Source: Squalus acanthias (Eukaryota). From it: a stretch of DNA of 64,000 nucleotides. The notes below the pieces were generated by a model, which was not told where the DNA came from, did not search any database, and saw nothing but the letters and a program-made list of their open reading frames with translations. Position 1 is the stretch's first letter. Each line of letters begins with the position of its first letter. Location of the stretch: the NCBI GenBank assembly GCA_030390025.1, contig CM059429.1:138012001-138076000 (forward strand), in the 5' to 3' direction. Both the position numbers and the translations under genes were made by a program. Shown here one piece after another: positions 10,001-25,000 of the stretch.

Positions 10001-13000
10001 TGGGAGGTGCTGCTGAAGAAGCCTTGGCGAGTTGCTGCAGTGCATCTTGTAGATGGTACACACTTCAGCCATGGTGTGCCAGTGGTGGAGGGAGGGAATG
10101 TTTAAGGTGGTGGATGGGGTGCCAATCAAGCAGGCTGCTTTGTCCTGGATGGTGTCGAGCTTCTTGAGTGTTGTTGGAGCTGCACTCATCCAGGCAAGTG
10201 GAGAGTATTCCATCACACTCCGGACTTGTGCCTTGTAGTTGGTGGAAAGGCTTTGGGGAGTCAGGAGGTGAGACACTTGCTGCAGAATACCCAGCCTCTG
10301 ACCTGCTCTTGTAGCCACAGCATTTATGTGGCTGGTCCAGTTAAGTTTCTGGTCAATGGTGACCCCCAAGATGTTGATGGTGGGGGATTTGGCGATGGTA
10401 ATGTTGTTGAATGTCAAGGGGCGGTGGTTAGACTCTCGCTTGTTGGAGATAGTCATTGCCTGGCACTTATGTGGCGTGAATGTTACTTGCCACTTATCAG
10501 CCCAAGCCTGAATGTCGTCCAAGTGTTGCTGCATGCAGGCATGGACCCCAATTTCCCTTTCATTATTTGAGGAGCTGCAAATGGAACTGAACACTGTGCA
10601 ATCATCAGCAAACATTCCCACGTCTGACCTTATGATGGAGGGAGGGCCATTGATGAAGCAGCTGAAGATGGTTAGGCCTAGGACACTGCCCTGAGGAAAC
10701 ATAGAAACATAGAAGATAGGAGCAGGAGTAGGCCATTCGGCCCCTTGAGCCTGCTCCGCCATTCGATGAGATCATGGCTGATCATCCAAACTCAGTACCC
10801 TGTACCTGCCTTCTCCCCATATCCCTTGATACCTTTAGCTTACACCATGTGCAGCTTGTAAATCAGAAGAGATTGTGGGATGAGGGGGAAGTGGGATGTG
10901 AGAAGGAAGATAACATATATGAGGATACCGGTATCTTGTATTCTTTCAGCCCCCCCCCCCCCCCCCCCCCCCACTGGCCACGGGCTCAGCCATGCCCCTG
11001 CCATGAATGGCCTGCACCGTCTCTTCCAAGGGGGTGAGGTGAAGCTAGGAATGTGAGGCGTGGCTCGTGTTTGGTAGAGATTGTTGGTAGGTGAGTGATG
11101 GGGGAGGCGGGGTCGTGCAGTGTGTGAGGATAGTGCAGATGGTGGGATATGGCTTTTGAAGATGCATTCACTGACCTTGACCACTCGTCTGAGGTCATGA
11201 AACCTCTTTGGGCACTGGAACCACGTCCTGGGGGCGACACTGCTAGCAGTGACTGCCTTGGCGATCTGGTCCCACATTATTCTTTCTGGAGGGCCTCCTG
11301 GTCACCTATGGGTAGAGGGCCTCTCTTCGAGTGTTCACCCCATGCACAAAGCTCGAGTGCTGCCTCCAAGAACCTGGGTGCCCTTTCCCAGGCCTATTGA
11401 GCCATTTCTGTTTGTGCCGAAGCACTTTTAACACATTTCATCACCAGAAGGCAGCTCACCTTTAAGAGGTGCAGACTGTTTTTAAGAGGCGCAGGCTCGT
11501 GCGAACATCATGAACTTCGGCCCCCTGCTGAGTGCACAGCCTGTCAGCAACGAGTTCAGCGATGAGCTGCAGCGATGTCCTGGGGCTGAGATGATTGACC
11601 TTCAATCACCACAACCATCTTCCTTTGTGCTAGGTATGACTCCAGCCAGTGGAGAGTTTTCCCCCTGATTCCTATTGACTTCAATTTTACTGGGGCTCCT
11701 TGGTGCCACACTCGGTCAAATGCTGCCTTGATGTCAAGGGCAGTCACTCTCACCTCACCTCTGGAATTCAGCTCTTATGTCCATGTTTGGACCAAAACTG
11801 TAATGAGGTCTGGCGCCGAGTGGTCCTGGCGGAACCCAAACTGAGCATCGGTAAGCAGGTTATTGGTAAGTGTCGCTTGATAGTACTGTCAACGACACCT
11901 TCCATCACTTTGCTGATGATTGAGAGTAGACTGCAACTAGAGCCCCCAGGACTGGGAGCAAGTGGCATTCTCAGAAGCCCTCCTTTAAGAGCTAAACCTT
12001 GCAAATGCCCAGCGGGAACTCCCTGCACACTTTAACAACTTTTGAAATGCCTAACACCAACCCACTACTCAAATAAACTGTACAGGAACCAGCACAAAAG
12101 CAAATATCAAAACTTGCCTGAAAGTTGCGTGTGTCCCTTTAAGTAGCGCTGGTGGGGTGTCCGTCATGCAGCTGAATGCACATTCAGCCGTGCGTGCTTT
12201 GGAGAGGGCATAAAGTCGAACGACGACATCCAAAATAGCTGGTTATGCATCAAATCAGCGTTGCACGCTGATTGATGTCACGATCTGCCTCATTACCATT
12301 TTTCTAGTGAGCGCAGGCAACAGCCACGCTGCCGACCTGCCCAAAATGGCGGGCGGCACTTGAAATGGATGGAAGCGAGGTGGCTGCCATTTTTTTTAAC
12401 GAAACTGGCCTTAACAGCCGGCACTAAGGTGCCGAATTTCATGGCCAAGGTGTCCTCCATGTCAGTCTGCAATTTCCACACCTGATGGTGGTTGAAATTC
12501 CTTTGTGCTATTTTTTGCACATCAGTTAATGCATTCACGTCAAATTTCTGTATACACTATTTTAACAGTCATCGGCATGTTTTCAAATAAGCAAACTAAA
12601 ACCTTGTTAACACAGTATATAAATATAATCATAGAATCTTACAGCACAGAAGGCGGCCATTCGGCCCATTGAGTCTGCGCCGGCTCTTTCGAAGAGCAAT
12701 CCAGTTCGTCCCACACTCTTTCTCACTGCAATTTTTTCTCCATCAAGTATTAATCCAATGCCCTTTTGAAGGCTACTATTGAATCTATATCCACCTCCCT
12801 GTCAGGCAGTGCATTCCAAATCCTAACCACTCGTTGCGTAAAAAAGTTTTTCCTTATGTCGCTTCTGGTTCTTTTGCCAATCACCTTAAACCTGTGTCCT
12901 CTGGTTACCGACCCTTCAGTCATTGGGTACAGTTTCTCTTTATTTACTTTATCTAAACCCTTCATGATTTTAAACCCTTCTATCAAATCTCTTAACCTTT

Positions 13001-16000
13001 TCTGCTCTAAAGAGAACAACCTCAGCTTCTCCAGTCTATCCAAATAGCAATAGAATTTGACGCATATGTGTTAATAAGTGTGCTAAACGTAGCGCAGAAG
13101 AACTTCGGCCCCCAGTTGTGAGAAACCATTATTTATTCACTCTAGTTTAACGTATTCTTTGTTGGATTTGTTCACCAACATCACTGCACACGAGGCAAAT
13201 GTTCAGTGACCAGCTGTCAAAATTTGCCTTATAGGTCATTCATCATTCTTTGTAACTGAGCTCCATTAGTGTTTATGTATTTCATCTCAAATTCAATACT
13301 AGATATTAAGTTTTCTTGCTCTTCAGAATAAAATTCAGATTAGTTCTTTCAAAATGTTTTGTCATCACTTGGAGAAAAAATTAACTGAAATACCTCATGT
13401 ATTTATACCTTGATACAGATCTGTGTACTGCTCAAAGACAAGTGAAATTACAAGAAGGGCCCCTAGTCCGGGCTGAGGGACGCCATATAACAATTCAATG
13501 TGATGTGAGTGGGTACCAGAGGTCTCCAATGCAGAACTTCGAGTGGTCCATTTCTCGTCCAGACAAGCCTACAATGAAAATCCAGATCAGCAGCACAGTT
13601 GATCCCAATTTCCATTATGCTCTCTATGGAAAAAGAGTGTTGAATAATGAGATCTACATAGAGAGAATTAAAGGAGACTCTGTACTGTTACACATTACAA
13701 ACCTGCAGAAACAAGATGAAGGAGAGTATGAGTGTTACACCCCCAACACAGACGGTGCATACTGGGGGTCTTACAATGCGCTGATGAACTTGACAGGTGG
13801 GTTATTCATCTTTTACATTTCACTTTTCAGGGCTGTACTATATGTAACCATTATCAACTTCACAATTCTTATTGAAAGTAAGCAAAAAGAACACTGCATC
13901 CAATTAAACATGAAGCCGTGTACTCTATGCCTCTATTGATAAAGCCAAAGATCCCGTATGACATTTTAATAGCCTTCTTAACTTGTCCTGTCAGCTTCAA
14001 AGATTTGTGTGCGTACACCCCCAGGTTCTTTGTTCCTGCACCCCCTTTAAAATTGTACCATTTAGTTTATATTGCCTCTCTTCATTCTTCCTACCAAAAT
14101 GAATCACTTCACACTTCTCTGAGTTAAATTTCATCTGCCATGTGTCTGCCTATTTCACCAGTCTGTCTATGTCCTCATGAAGTCTGTTACTATCCTCCTC
14201 ACTGTTTACTATATTTCTGAATTGCATGTCATCTACAAACTTTGAAATGATGCCCTGTATACCCAAGTTCTGGTCATTAATATATATCAAAAAGAGCAGT
14301 GATACCAGCACCAACCCCTGGGGGATACAACTGCACACTCTACTTCAGTCTGAAAAACAACCGTTCACCACTACTTTCTGCTTTCTGTCCCTTAGCCAAT
14401 TTTATATCCACACAGCCAATGCCCCTTTAATCCTATGGGCTTCAATTTTGCGAATAAGCCTAATATGTGGTTCTTTATCAAACACCTTTTGAAAGTCCAT
14501 ATACATAACATCAACCGCACTACCCTCATCCACCCTCTCCGTTACTCAATCAAGTTTATCAAACACGATTTGTCTTTAACAAATCAATACTGGCTTTCAT
14601 TTATTAACTCATATTTTTCCAAGTGCCAATTAATTTTGTCCCAGATTAATGTCTCTAAAAGTTTAGCCACCACTGACGTTAGGCTGACTGTCTTGTAATT
14701 GCCGGGTTTATCTCTCTCCCTTTTTTTGAACAGGGGTGTAACATTTGCAATCCACCAGTCCTCTGAAACCACTCCCATAGCTAAGGAGGATTGGAAGACT
14801 GTGGTCAAAGCCTCTGCAATTTCCATCTTTACTTCCCTCCCATCTCTTGTCTGGCAGGAGACTTTACAGAATCCCGCCCCCCCCCCCCCCCCCCCCCCCA
14901 CGGCAATGACGGAGACACTTGGTTTCCTTGATGCCTTATGAGGGGTGGAACTTCCATGAGATTGTCCAATCAATGCCAAATGACTTAGATAAGTTCCAGT
15001 TATATTCTGTGGGTTTGAATTTGCTGGAAACTGCACTGACATTCTTCAAAATGACTGCAGTTAGGACCTTTATCAAACCCCCAGTTGCCCTGAAAAGGTG
15101 GTAGTGGGTCTTCTTGAACCGCTGGTCAGCAGTTTTGAAACAACTGAGTGGCTTGCTAGGCTACTTTAGAGGGCAGTTAAAAGTCAACCACATTGGTGTG
15201 GGACTGGAGTCACATATAAGCAAGACTGGTTAAGAAAGGCAGGTTTCCTTCCCTAAAGGCCATTAGTGAGCCAGTTGTGTCGGCAATGTTGGCAGACTAT
15301 TCAAGCTTCAGATGCATTCAAGCACAATCTAATTCTTACCCAATGTCCATACACTTGCACTTTCCAGCAGGGATCACTAGATAGTTATCAGGAGCAGGAT
15401 CCCTGTCTGATTACTCCCATTCTAGCCAAAGGGTGCTGAGGACAAGAGTGGCCATGACCATCCTGGTGTGTACAGCACAGTACCATACAATACAGTACAC
15501 TTATCCATTGAGCTATCGGGATGCCCAGGAAGAAAGTATTTGAATATATTATGCTATGTACAACTGTACTTCTTGGAAATCTCTAATCACTTCTATCTGA
15601 GATGGATTTGAGCACAAGTCCAAATGATGAAAGGCTAGGGACCTGTAATTAACCATGGAGTATTAGATTTGTTTTTCCATGTTGTTATTCAAAATGCCAT
15701 ACTGTGGAAGAGCTGATTGTCTGATGGTATGTATTGAGTTAAGGTACCTATTAAGACAAATAAGATTGTGGAAGTATTGCATTCTTGTGTACAACCTATG
15801 ATTATCCAGTGGGGATTCTGCAAACCATGTTGAAAACATATATTCTTACAGTTATTCCAGACACGCTCAGTGCAACATCAGTACCCCAGACCCTGAATAA
15901 AGTCGAAGGTGACTCCCTGGAACTGGTCTGTGAAGTATCCAAACAAACCTCACAGCACACGCACGTGGCTGTCTCATGGTACCTCCAGAAGGGAGATCAG

Positions 16001-19000
16001 AATCTCAAGGTCATCTCGCTAACACGAGATTTCATCCTACGTCCTGGAGAGTCATATAAGCAGAGACAGGCATCAGGAGATGTGCGGCTGGACAAGATTG
16101 GAGCCACTTCATTCAAACTAACCATCTACAAACTGCAGGCGTTTGATCAGGGGGAGTTCTACTGCGAAAGCACAGAGTGGATCCAAGACCCAGACAAATC
16201 CTGGCATGAGCTGACTAATAAACGTACTGAAAATACCACAGTGAATGTTAAAAGCATAGGTAAGGCAGAGAAATGTTTCTCCATTGTACAGCTACAGTTT
16301 CATAATGTGATTGTAAATTTGCAGATGATACCAAGTTGGGGGAGATAGTCAATACTGAGGAGGACTGCAACAAATTACAGGAGGACAATAATAAACTTGC
16401 AATAAATGTGAGGTATTACATTTTGGTAGGAAGAATAGGGAGGTCACTTATCACTTGGAGGGTGCGAGTCTAGGTGGGGTAGAGGAACAAGGAGATCTCA
16501 GAGTACAAATACACAAATCACTAAAAGTTGTGCCACAGGTTAGCAAGGCCATTAAAAATGCATTCTAGAGGGATAGAATTGAAAAGTAGGGAAATTATGC
16601 TAAACGTGTATCGAACCTTGATTAGGTCCACACTTAGAGTACTGTGTACAGTTCTGGTCGCCATATTATAAAAAGGATATAGAGGCACTGGAGAGGGTGC
16701 AGAGAATATATACAAGGATGATACCAGAAATGCAAGGGTATACATATCAGGAAAGGATGAACAGGCTGGGTCTCTTTTCTCTTGAAAAAAGGCTGAGGAG
16801 TGAACTAATAGATGTCTATAAAATTATGAAAGGTTTTGATAGAGTGGATAGAGAGAGAATGTTTCCACTTGTGGGGAAGAGCATAACTAGAGGCCATCAA
16901 TATAGGATAGTCACCAAGAAATCCAATAGGGAATTCAGAAGAAACTTCTTTACCCAGAGAGTGGTGAGAATGTGGAACTCGCTACCACAGGGAGTGGCTG
17001 AAGCGAATAGTATCGATGCATTTAAGGGGAGGCTGGACAAACATATGAGGGAGAAGGGAATAGAGGGTTATGCTGATAGATTTAGATGAGGAAAGACGGG
17101 AGGAGACTCGAGTGGAACATAAACACTGGCATAGACTGGTTGGGCCGAGTGCCGTATATCCTATGTAATTCTATGTAATCCTATGTTACATCCATTGTGG
17201 TCAGAAAATCATGTGCAGCACATGCCTGAATTTCCAATATACACTCCGGCAGAGTGGGGTGATGTTGAGAAAGGCTATTTGATTGGCAAATTAATGTTCC
17301 CTATCTGTACTTGCTGCACATATACTAACGCAAGATTTAGCACTAAACAGGCAATGTAGACACAAGGGCAAAGATTCTGCGATCGGGTGTAAACTCAACC
17401 CATTGCAGGGCAAGAAATCAAGAGCTGCTGCAGGATTTAAGGCCTGCAGCAGCTTGCAGGAGCAGCCCTTGTAGGAACATAAGTAGGCCATTTAGCCCCT
17501 CAAGCCCGTTCCACTATTCAATGAGATCATGGCTGATCTGCAACCTAACTCCATATACCTGCCTTTGGCCCATATCCCTTAATACCTTTGGTTAACAAAA
17601 ATCCTATCAATCTCAGATTTAAAATTAACAATTGATCTAGCATCAATTGCCATTTGCGGAAGAGAATTCCAAACTTCTACCACCCTTTGTGAGTAGAAGT
17701 GTTTCTTAATTTCACTCCTGAAAGGTCTGGCTCTAATTTTTAGATTAGGCCCCCTAGTCCTAGACTCCCCAACCAGCGGAAATAGTTTCTCTCTATCTAC
17801 CCTATCTGTTCCTCTTAATATTTTGAAAACTTTGAACAAATCACCTCTTAACTTTCTAAATTCCAGGGAATATAACCTAGTTTGTGTAATCTCTCCTTGT
17901 AATTTATCCCCTGGAGTCCGGGTATCAATCTGGTAAACCTACGCTGCACTCCCTCGAAGGCCAATACATCCTTTAAAGGTGTGAAGGTGTGGTGCCCAGA
18001 ACTGCTCACTGTACTCCAGGTGTGATCTAACCAGGGTTTTGTACAGCTGCAGCATAACTTCTACCCCCTTGTATTCTAGTCCTCTAGATATAAAGGCCAG
18101 CATTCCATTAGCCTTTTTGATTATTTTCTGTACCTGTTCATGACATTTTAATGATCTATGTACCTGGACCCCCAAGTCTCTTCGGACCTCCACTGTTTTT
18201 TAGCTTTTCACCATTTAGAAAGTAAATGTGTTTGGTAGCTTTTCAAGATAGCAAGTTTCTTTGGAGGTTCCCAATGCCTGGAAGAAATTCAACAGCACAG
18301 AAGATGCCCACCATTTTAGATGGGGCTATATGAAGCTGCTGGCTCTGTCTGGGAGGGAATGACACAGCACCCCAGGTGAGCAGCACGATACGAATCGCAT
18401 GAGATGGGTATGACAAAAATGGAGCATTTTTGTTACCGATGTATCATATAAATGTCCCAGCTTGTTTGATACCCACAATCTAGACAGATATTCAGAATAT
18501 AAGCTGATCTTTCAATTCCTGTACCTGCTGATTTTGGATGGATCTGGGGTGGGCAGGGGGTAAATTCTGGTGGTGAACTGTTCTACCAGTTCCCGGTGAT
18601 CTGCTGCTATTTCCAGTATTATCCATTGGCAGATGTTGAATATGTCCATCCAAATATGGGCATACATATTCAAATGGCATCTTAATGATGGGAAAACATC
18701 TTGGCCCTGAATTTGCGGTTGGTGGCTTCCCACGGGGAAATGCCTCCAATCCGCAAATAAAATGCCCGCTTACCCTGGTGGTCCGGGAGGTACGGAGACT
18801 CACGGTCCTGGGCCTCTCCGGGTACCCGCGGGTAGAGGCCCACGTATCCCAGGGGCGCAGGTGGTTCGCAAGCGCCCCTGGGATCACGTGGGCCGGCCCA
18901 ACCAATAAAAGAAGGGGATCCTCATTCATGCTTTTGGGGATTCCGTATGTACGGAAACCCCACAAGCATGCATGGGAATACCCCAAAAAATACAGCTACA

Positions 19001-22000
19001 CATCAAATACATTTTTTTTAAATTACATATTTAAAATGAATTAAAATGCCATTTAATTAAATATTTAAAACAAAAGTTTTATTTTTTGAAAAATAAATTT
19101 ACATGTTTTAAAGGGGCTAAAAATAAACTTACCTTATTGCACAGGTTTTTTAATGTATAAATGATTGAAAAAAATGTATTTTTATGTTTTTTTAAACTCT
19201 TACGCTGGTAAAAGCAGGCGTAAGAATTTCACGGGCATTCGCTGGGCAGAAGTTGGGCAAATAGCCCAACTCTCTGCCCGCGGAGGCCCTTTTCCCGGGG
19301 ATGTGTTGGATTTGTCAAGAAGATTCTTGACAGATCGCAAGTTCTGGGTTTTCGCGCATGCGCTTCACATGCGAAAACCCGGAACTTGCACGGCCCTTAC
19401 GGGCGCATACGCACCTCATACCGTAGGGGCCGCAAATTATGGGCCCATATGGCCTATTTCTTGTCATTAACACCATAATTAAGGTGAGACAGTAGGGTGT
19501 ATAGTATTGCTATGGAAAAGGGAGGCAGACTCAAAATGTAAATTCTCCCAAGAGAGCAGGGGCCATTAATTATATTCTCTGCCCAGCAAATTTAAAAATG
19601 AAAAAATATATATTTTGTGTTCAGCCACCCCAGAGGAAGCTGGCCTCAATTCACTGTTTTCCACCATCCCTCAGAGGCTGGATCCCTGATGCAGATGGAA
19701 ATGCACTGGGAATTTGCCCAAATTATTTAAATAAGGCTGACCCCAGAAAATCAGGGCTATGCATGGTCTAAGGGGACTGGTGGTAATCACTCCCCAGTGA
19801 CATTGTGGTGGGATGCCACCCAGCCAGAAAATTCTGCCTATTAGGTGTCCAAGAGAGGGAAAAAGATATTCAATTCAAATACAAGCATCTTCTGGGTATT
19901 GTTGGTAGATATTTTGTTTGAATAGCAGCCTTTTTGAGTTTAAGAGATACATATTTAAATTTACAAAAGCAAAATACTGTGGATGCTAGAAATCTGAAAT
20001 AAAAACAGGAAAATGCTGAAAATACTCAGCAGGTCAGGCAAATTTTGAAAAGTATTTCTCAGCCGGTTTTGTTCAAATTGGGTAATATGTCTGAAGGCAT
20101 CAGAAAGTGGTTGATTGGTCAGAGAGGCTCCATGGACAGTTTTAAGCAACCACATTGTAAAGATTAATAGTCGAGAACCTCAGTTAACATTGCACTTTAG
20201 AGCGGCAGATTTAAGTGTTTGTTATTTAATGTCTTCCAATTGATGGAATCCATGGTTCAATTGAACCAAGTCAAATTTTAGCTTTTGATTATTCAAATAC
20301 AAACAAAAAATGGCCATAAATAAGGATTTACATGTGTGCAGTTATATTGTGTGATCTTGTGGGGACCAATTACAGCCACCATAAACAGTTATTTTGAAGA
20401 CCCCCTCATTGGTGCGTTGACTTATATATTTGTATTATTTATATATGTTTAAATGTATTCTAAACTTTCCTATTCTTCCCTGCTCTCAGCTGAACTGCTC
20501 CTTTGGATGACAAGTATTGAATGGTTTGCTGTGACTCTGACTAATAGTGGTACTGACAGGAGATCATAAGAAACAATCATGTACTAGACAGGTTAATTAC
20601 AGTGAAAACGGTCTCAGATGTATAAACTGCAGCTCTTTTGTTGAAGTTTGAAACACTGACCTTTGACGAACGTCAGTATTATGTTAATGCACCGAGTGAA
20701 TCACTGCTATTAACCTTCAGCAGACTTCCACTGCTGATGTGATCAGTTTCATCCTCAGTGGTACTCTCTGGTTTACACTAAAGTGAGTGTATTAAAATTT
20801 AAAAGTAGCATTTATGCTCCAGGCTACACCATTTAAAGGCAAGTGTAATAAGTACACTTGTTGACTCGCTTTGGATAACTGCCAATACTGAGCTGGTGAC
20901 AGTCTCTGAATTTTGATAAGGAGAGATTACAGAAATTCACAATGCTTTAATTTTACATCCATTTGCTTCCATCCCTTTTTGATCCCTTAATCTGCCTCCA
21001 AGTTCCTTTCCCCCTCCCTAATCATAAGGGCATGCTGCTCTGTGCCCTCGGTATCTCTAGTCAAATAGGGATGAGCATTTGGATTCATTTAAATTTCGTA
21101 GTAGACTGGAACTATCTGAAATTTAACTGAGATTTTAAAAAGAAGGCAAGCAAGTATGTTGGGAGCACCTCTCTGGACCAGCAGGTAACTTGCACATACC
21201 AGGAACTGTCTCCAGCATTCCCTCCACTAAAGTAGATTCAGTATGGTGTGTTGCCGTTTATTAACAGAGGGTTGAGTTTAAGAACCGTGAGGTTATGCTG
21301 CAACTGTACAGGACCTTGGTGAGACCACATTTGGAATATTGTGTGCAGTTCTGGTCACCTCACTATAGGAAGGACGTGGAAGCATTGGAAAGAGTGCAAA
21401 GGAGATTTACCAGGATGCTGCCTGGTTTGGGGGGGAGGTCTTATGAGGAAAGATTGAGGGAGTTGGGGCTTTTCTCTTTAGAGCGGAGGAGGATGAGAGG
21501 CGACTTAGTAGAGGTTTATAAGATGATGAGGGGGATAGATAGAGTGGATGTTCAGAGACTATTTCCTCGGGTAGAGGCAGCTGTTACAAGGGGGCATAAC
21601 TAGAAGGTGCATGGGGGGAGATATAGAAGGGATGTCCGAGGTAGATTCTTTACTCAGAGAGTGGTTGGGGTGTGGAATGGACTGCCTGCTGTGATAGTGG
21701 AGTCGGACACTTTAGGAACTTTCAAGCGGTTATTGGATAAGCACATGGAGCACACCAGAGTGATAGGGAGTGGGATAGCTTGATCTTGGTCTCGGACAAT
21801 GCTCGGCACAACATCGAGGGCCGAAGGGCCTGTACTGTGCTGTACTGTTCTATGTTCTATGTATGCTGTAAGCCATATTTACATATAGTTTGCACTTGAC
21901 CCTGTTTTCTCCACACATCAAAGTTGGCATCAAAATGGTGGTCTACCACCAGACTAAAATTATGCCAAATTTGCTCACTTTGTTTTTGGCTAAACGCAAT

Positions 22001-25000
22001 ACACTGACTGGCACAGTAATGATACTCATTTTATTTCACTGCAGGTAATGAGTTTCTTGCTCTGATTGAAGCTACTGCAGTCGATATTACTGTAGGAGGC
22101 TCACTGGAGATAATCTGCACGGTTGAAGCTCAGAATTTCCCAGAACGTTTCTTCGCTGTTGCCTGGCTCTTAAACAATAATGAGATAATCCGTATTGGAC
22201 CAAACGCAGTACCATTCTTTCATGGTGAATATAAAATGAGAGAGGCCCTGGGAAAGGTGACGGTCGGTAAGAAAAATGACAGGGACTACGCTATGAAAAT
22301 TAATCAGATTCAAGTGGAGGATGGTGGTACATATCATTGTCAGGTGGAGGAGAGTGTGAAAATTTCATCTGGAGCATTCTCTACCAAAAAATCCAAGGAG
22401 GTTGCAATCACTGTTCAACAGCCACGTAAGAAAAATTCAAATTAACTGTATTCTTATTTTTTTTGTAATGATTGATATTAGGAGCAGTATTATATTTTGA
22501 CCATGACAAAATATCTGGTCACCTCCCGGATGAATTGCAGAAATCTCAGACACAGTGGGGTAGACATTCATCTTGGGCAATAGAGCAAAATGGGTGATAG
22601 CGAATTGGCAAGCAGTTTTACAATCTGCACGATTTTCTTATCCATTGAAATCAATAGAAAAGAATAGCAGGCCGAACATAAAACAGACTGCTGCTTCGCT
22701 ATCGCCCAAGACAAATTTCTACCCCAATGTACCATCTATATAGAGGCAATGTATCTCATCTCAGTTCTCAAGAAAGAAGCCCTTACTAGAACGAAAATCC
22801 AAATTTATATCCAATGTATTTTTCTCATCCACATTGCCAGTAATGTCTTCTAAAAACTCCAACTAAGAAGATCTCTGCTATGCTCAATGTGTAGTGAAAT
22901 CGAAGGCATGTTTTTGATAAATGGTTCATGTTTTAGCTACACGGTATACAGCGGAAAGCCTTCCTTACCTGAATCCATGCTGACAGTCTTTTTGCAAGTT
23001 GTGCTTTTCCAGGTTTACTAGATCTTTCAATATTGTTATGAAGACTTCCTAACAATAAATGTTAACTACAGTCCTTCTTCTTCCTGAGTAAAGACATATC
23101 TGAAGTAACTATTTAATAACTCTATTTCATTGCTACCATATTCTGGTTTCTGGCTATCAGTTTTAAGTGAACCAATACTTTCTTCACTATGTGCATACTG
23201 CTTAATCTGTATAATAACATACTTGTGTCTGTAGACTCATGTCTGAGCTTTCTGATTGGTTTGATGTAGGCTCCTGCTTCAGCCTGCTCATCGATTCAGT
23301 ATTTCTACAGTTTCTGACTAGTTAGGACAAAGTTTTCTGCAAGATGAAGTCAATGTGATAGTTTTCTACGTCAACCTCCGCCACCATCTCAGCAGAAATA
23401 CAAAACCAATGCTAATTTGTTTCGATAATGCCTGCCGGCAGATCCCTTACCACTCACTCCCTTGGCCTTCCACTGCAAGCCACCGTCTTCTGAACTGCTT
23501 GCTCCATGAACCTTCCATTCTCTGACAAGCCTCAGCCATTGCTTGCTACTTGCTCCCAACCCTGCCTTGGCCCTGTTGTCCCAGTCACTCCTGGGCCTCT
23601 GCATCTACCACAATCTGCCTGACCTCATGCAATAAGTGCTAGAAATATGCAAAATAAGCTTGCAAAATATGAAACATATCTGTATTGTTCTCAGCCATCT
23701 AAAATTCAGTGTTTCTGTTGGCTTCTTGTATTAGTTTTCCAACTTGCTTTTCCTTGTCTTTATAATTTTACAATTTTCTCAATCCTCCTGCCTAGTGGTT
23801 TACTTGTATATTTTGAAAGCCTTCTGCCTATCCCCATGACTACCCTTTAATCACATTGGCCTCTGTTGCCTTTTAATCTGTTTAGATTTGATTTAATGGT
23901 AATGTCTTTCGATTGTAGCTTTTGCTTAACATTTGCTTAACAAATACTTCCCATTTTTCTACTGTAGATCTTTAACTATTATTGTGTTCCAGTAGTAACC
24001 TTTGTTTAACCCATTTAGCAAATCTGTTTTTTTAAAGTGCAATATTTTTGTGGTGTTGTCCTTTTTGCATTGCCTGTGAGTATTTTAGTTCATATGATTA
24101 TTAGATCGAAGATATTCCCCCACTTCTTCCTTATGTACAATTTATGGTTAATTACTAAAGATTAGGGCCAGAGTAACAGCTAACTATGTCGCTGTTCAGC
24201 AAATTGAGTAAAGGAAGCAATGCTACACCACTTTGGGAAACATCCACTCCTCTTTTGTTTTTTCTCTGCTATTTTACCCAGTCAATATGTGCGTAATTGA
24301 AATCTCCCATTATTAAAATGCTGTCCTTTTTACACATCTCCTTGTTTGCAAAGCATCTCCTTGTCTACCCTCTGCTCCTATCCATCAGGTCGATAACAAC
24401 AATTAACTTTCTTCCTTTCTTATCTGTGATCTCAATTCACAGTGTCTCAGCTGCGCATCATTTCTTTCTATTCACGCAGAGTCTTACCTATATTTTCAAT
24501 TTTCACCCTGTTTTGTGGTGCCTATCCATTCTATAGACTCCATACCTTTTTTTAATTTCCCAGTTAATGTCCTAGTTTAACTCGATATCTATTATTCTTA
24601 TCACATTGCACGTTGCCAATAATAATTCTGTTTCATATTTTGCAAACTTGTTTTGCATATTTCTAGTAATACTATGCATTAGGTCTCTATTTCGTCCTTT
24701 ACTTGCATACATAAAGCTAGGCTGACACTCCAGTGCAGTGCCGAGGGAGAGCTGCACTGTCGGAGGTGCCGTCTTTCGGATGAGATGTTAAACCGAGGCC
24801 CTGTCTGCTCTCTCAGGTAGATGTAAAAGATCCCATGGCCCTATTTCGAAGAAGAGTAAGGGAGTTATCCCCGATGTCCTGGCCAATATTTCTCCCTCAA
24901 CCAACATCACAAAAACAGATTATCTGGTCATTTTCACATTGCTGTTTGTGGGAGCTTGCTGTGCGCAAATTGGCTGCCGCATTTCCCACATTACAACAGT

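Larger units (their letters stand above)
9850..11932 (-). mobile_element. Non-LTR retrotransposon RT fragment (CR1/L2 group), split at 10698/11567
   Basis: PQGSVLG...FADD... at 9935-10697 and [12 protein letters not shown] at 11570-11750; same family as 58535-60796. Confidence 0.88.
8340..12447 (+). mobile_element. Decayed PIF/Harbinger element (Myb/SANT-like gene remnant) with nested insertions
   Basis: [12 protein letters not shown]...WDQIAKAV...RTW.QC.KRFHDL.RVVK followed by GTCAGT donor; terminal gaatttcatggcc; boundaries approximate. Confidence 0.6.
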
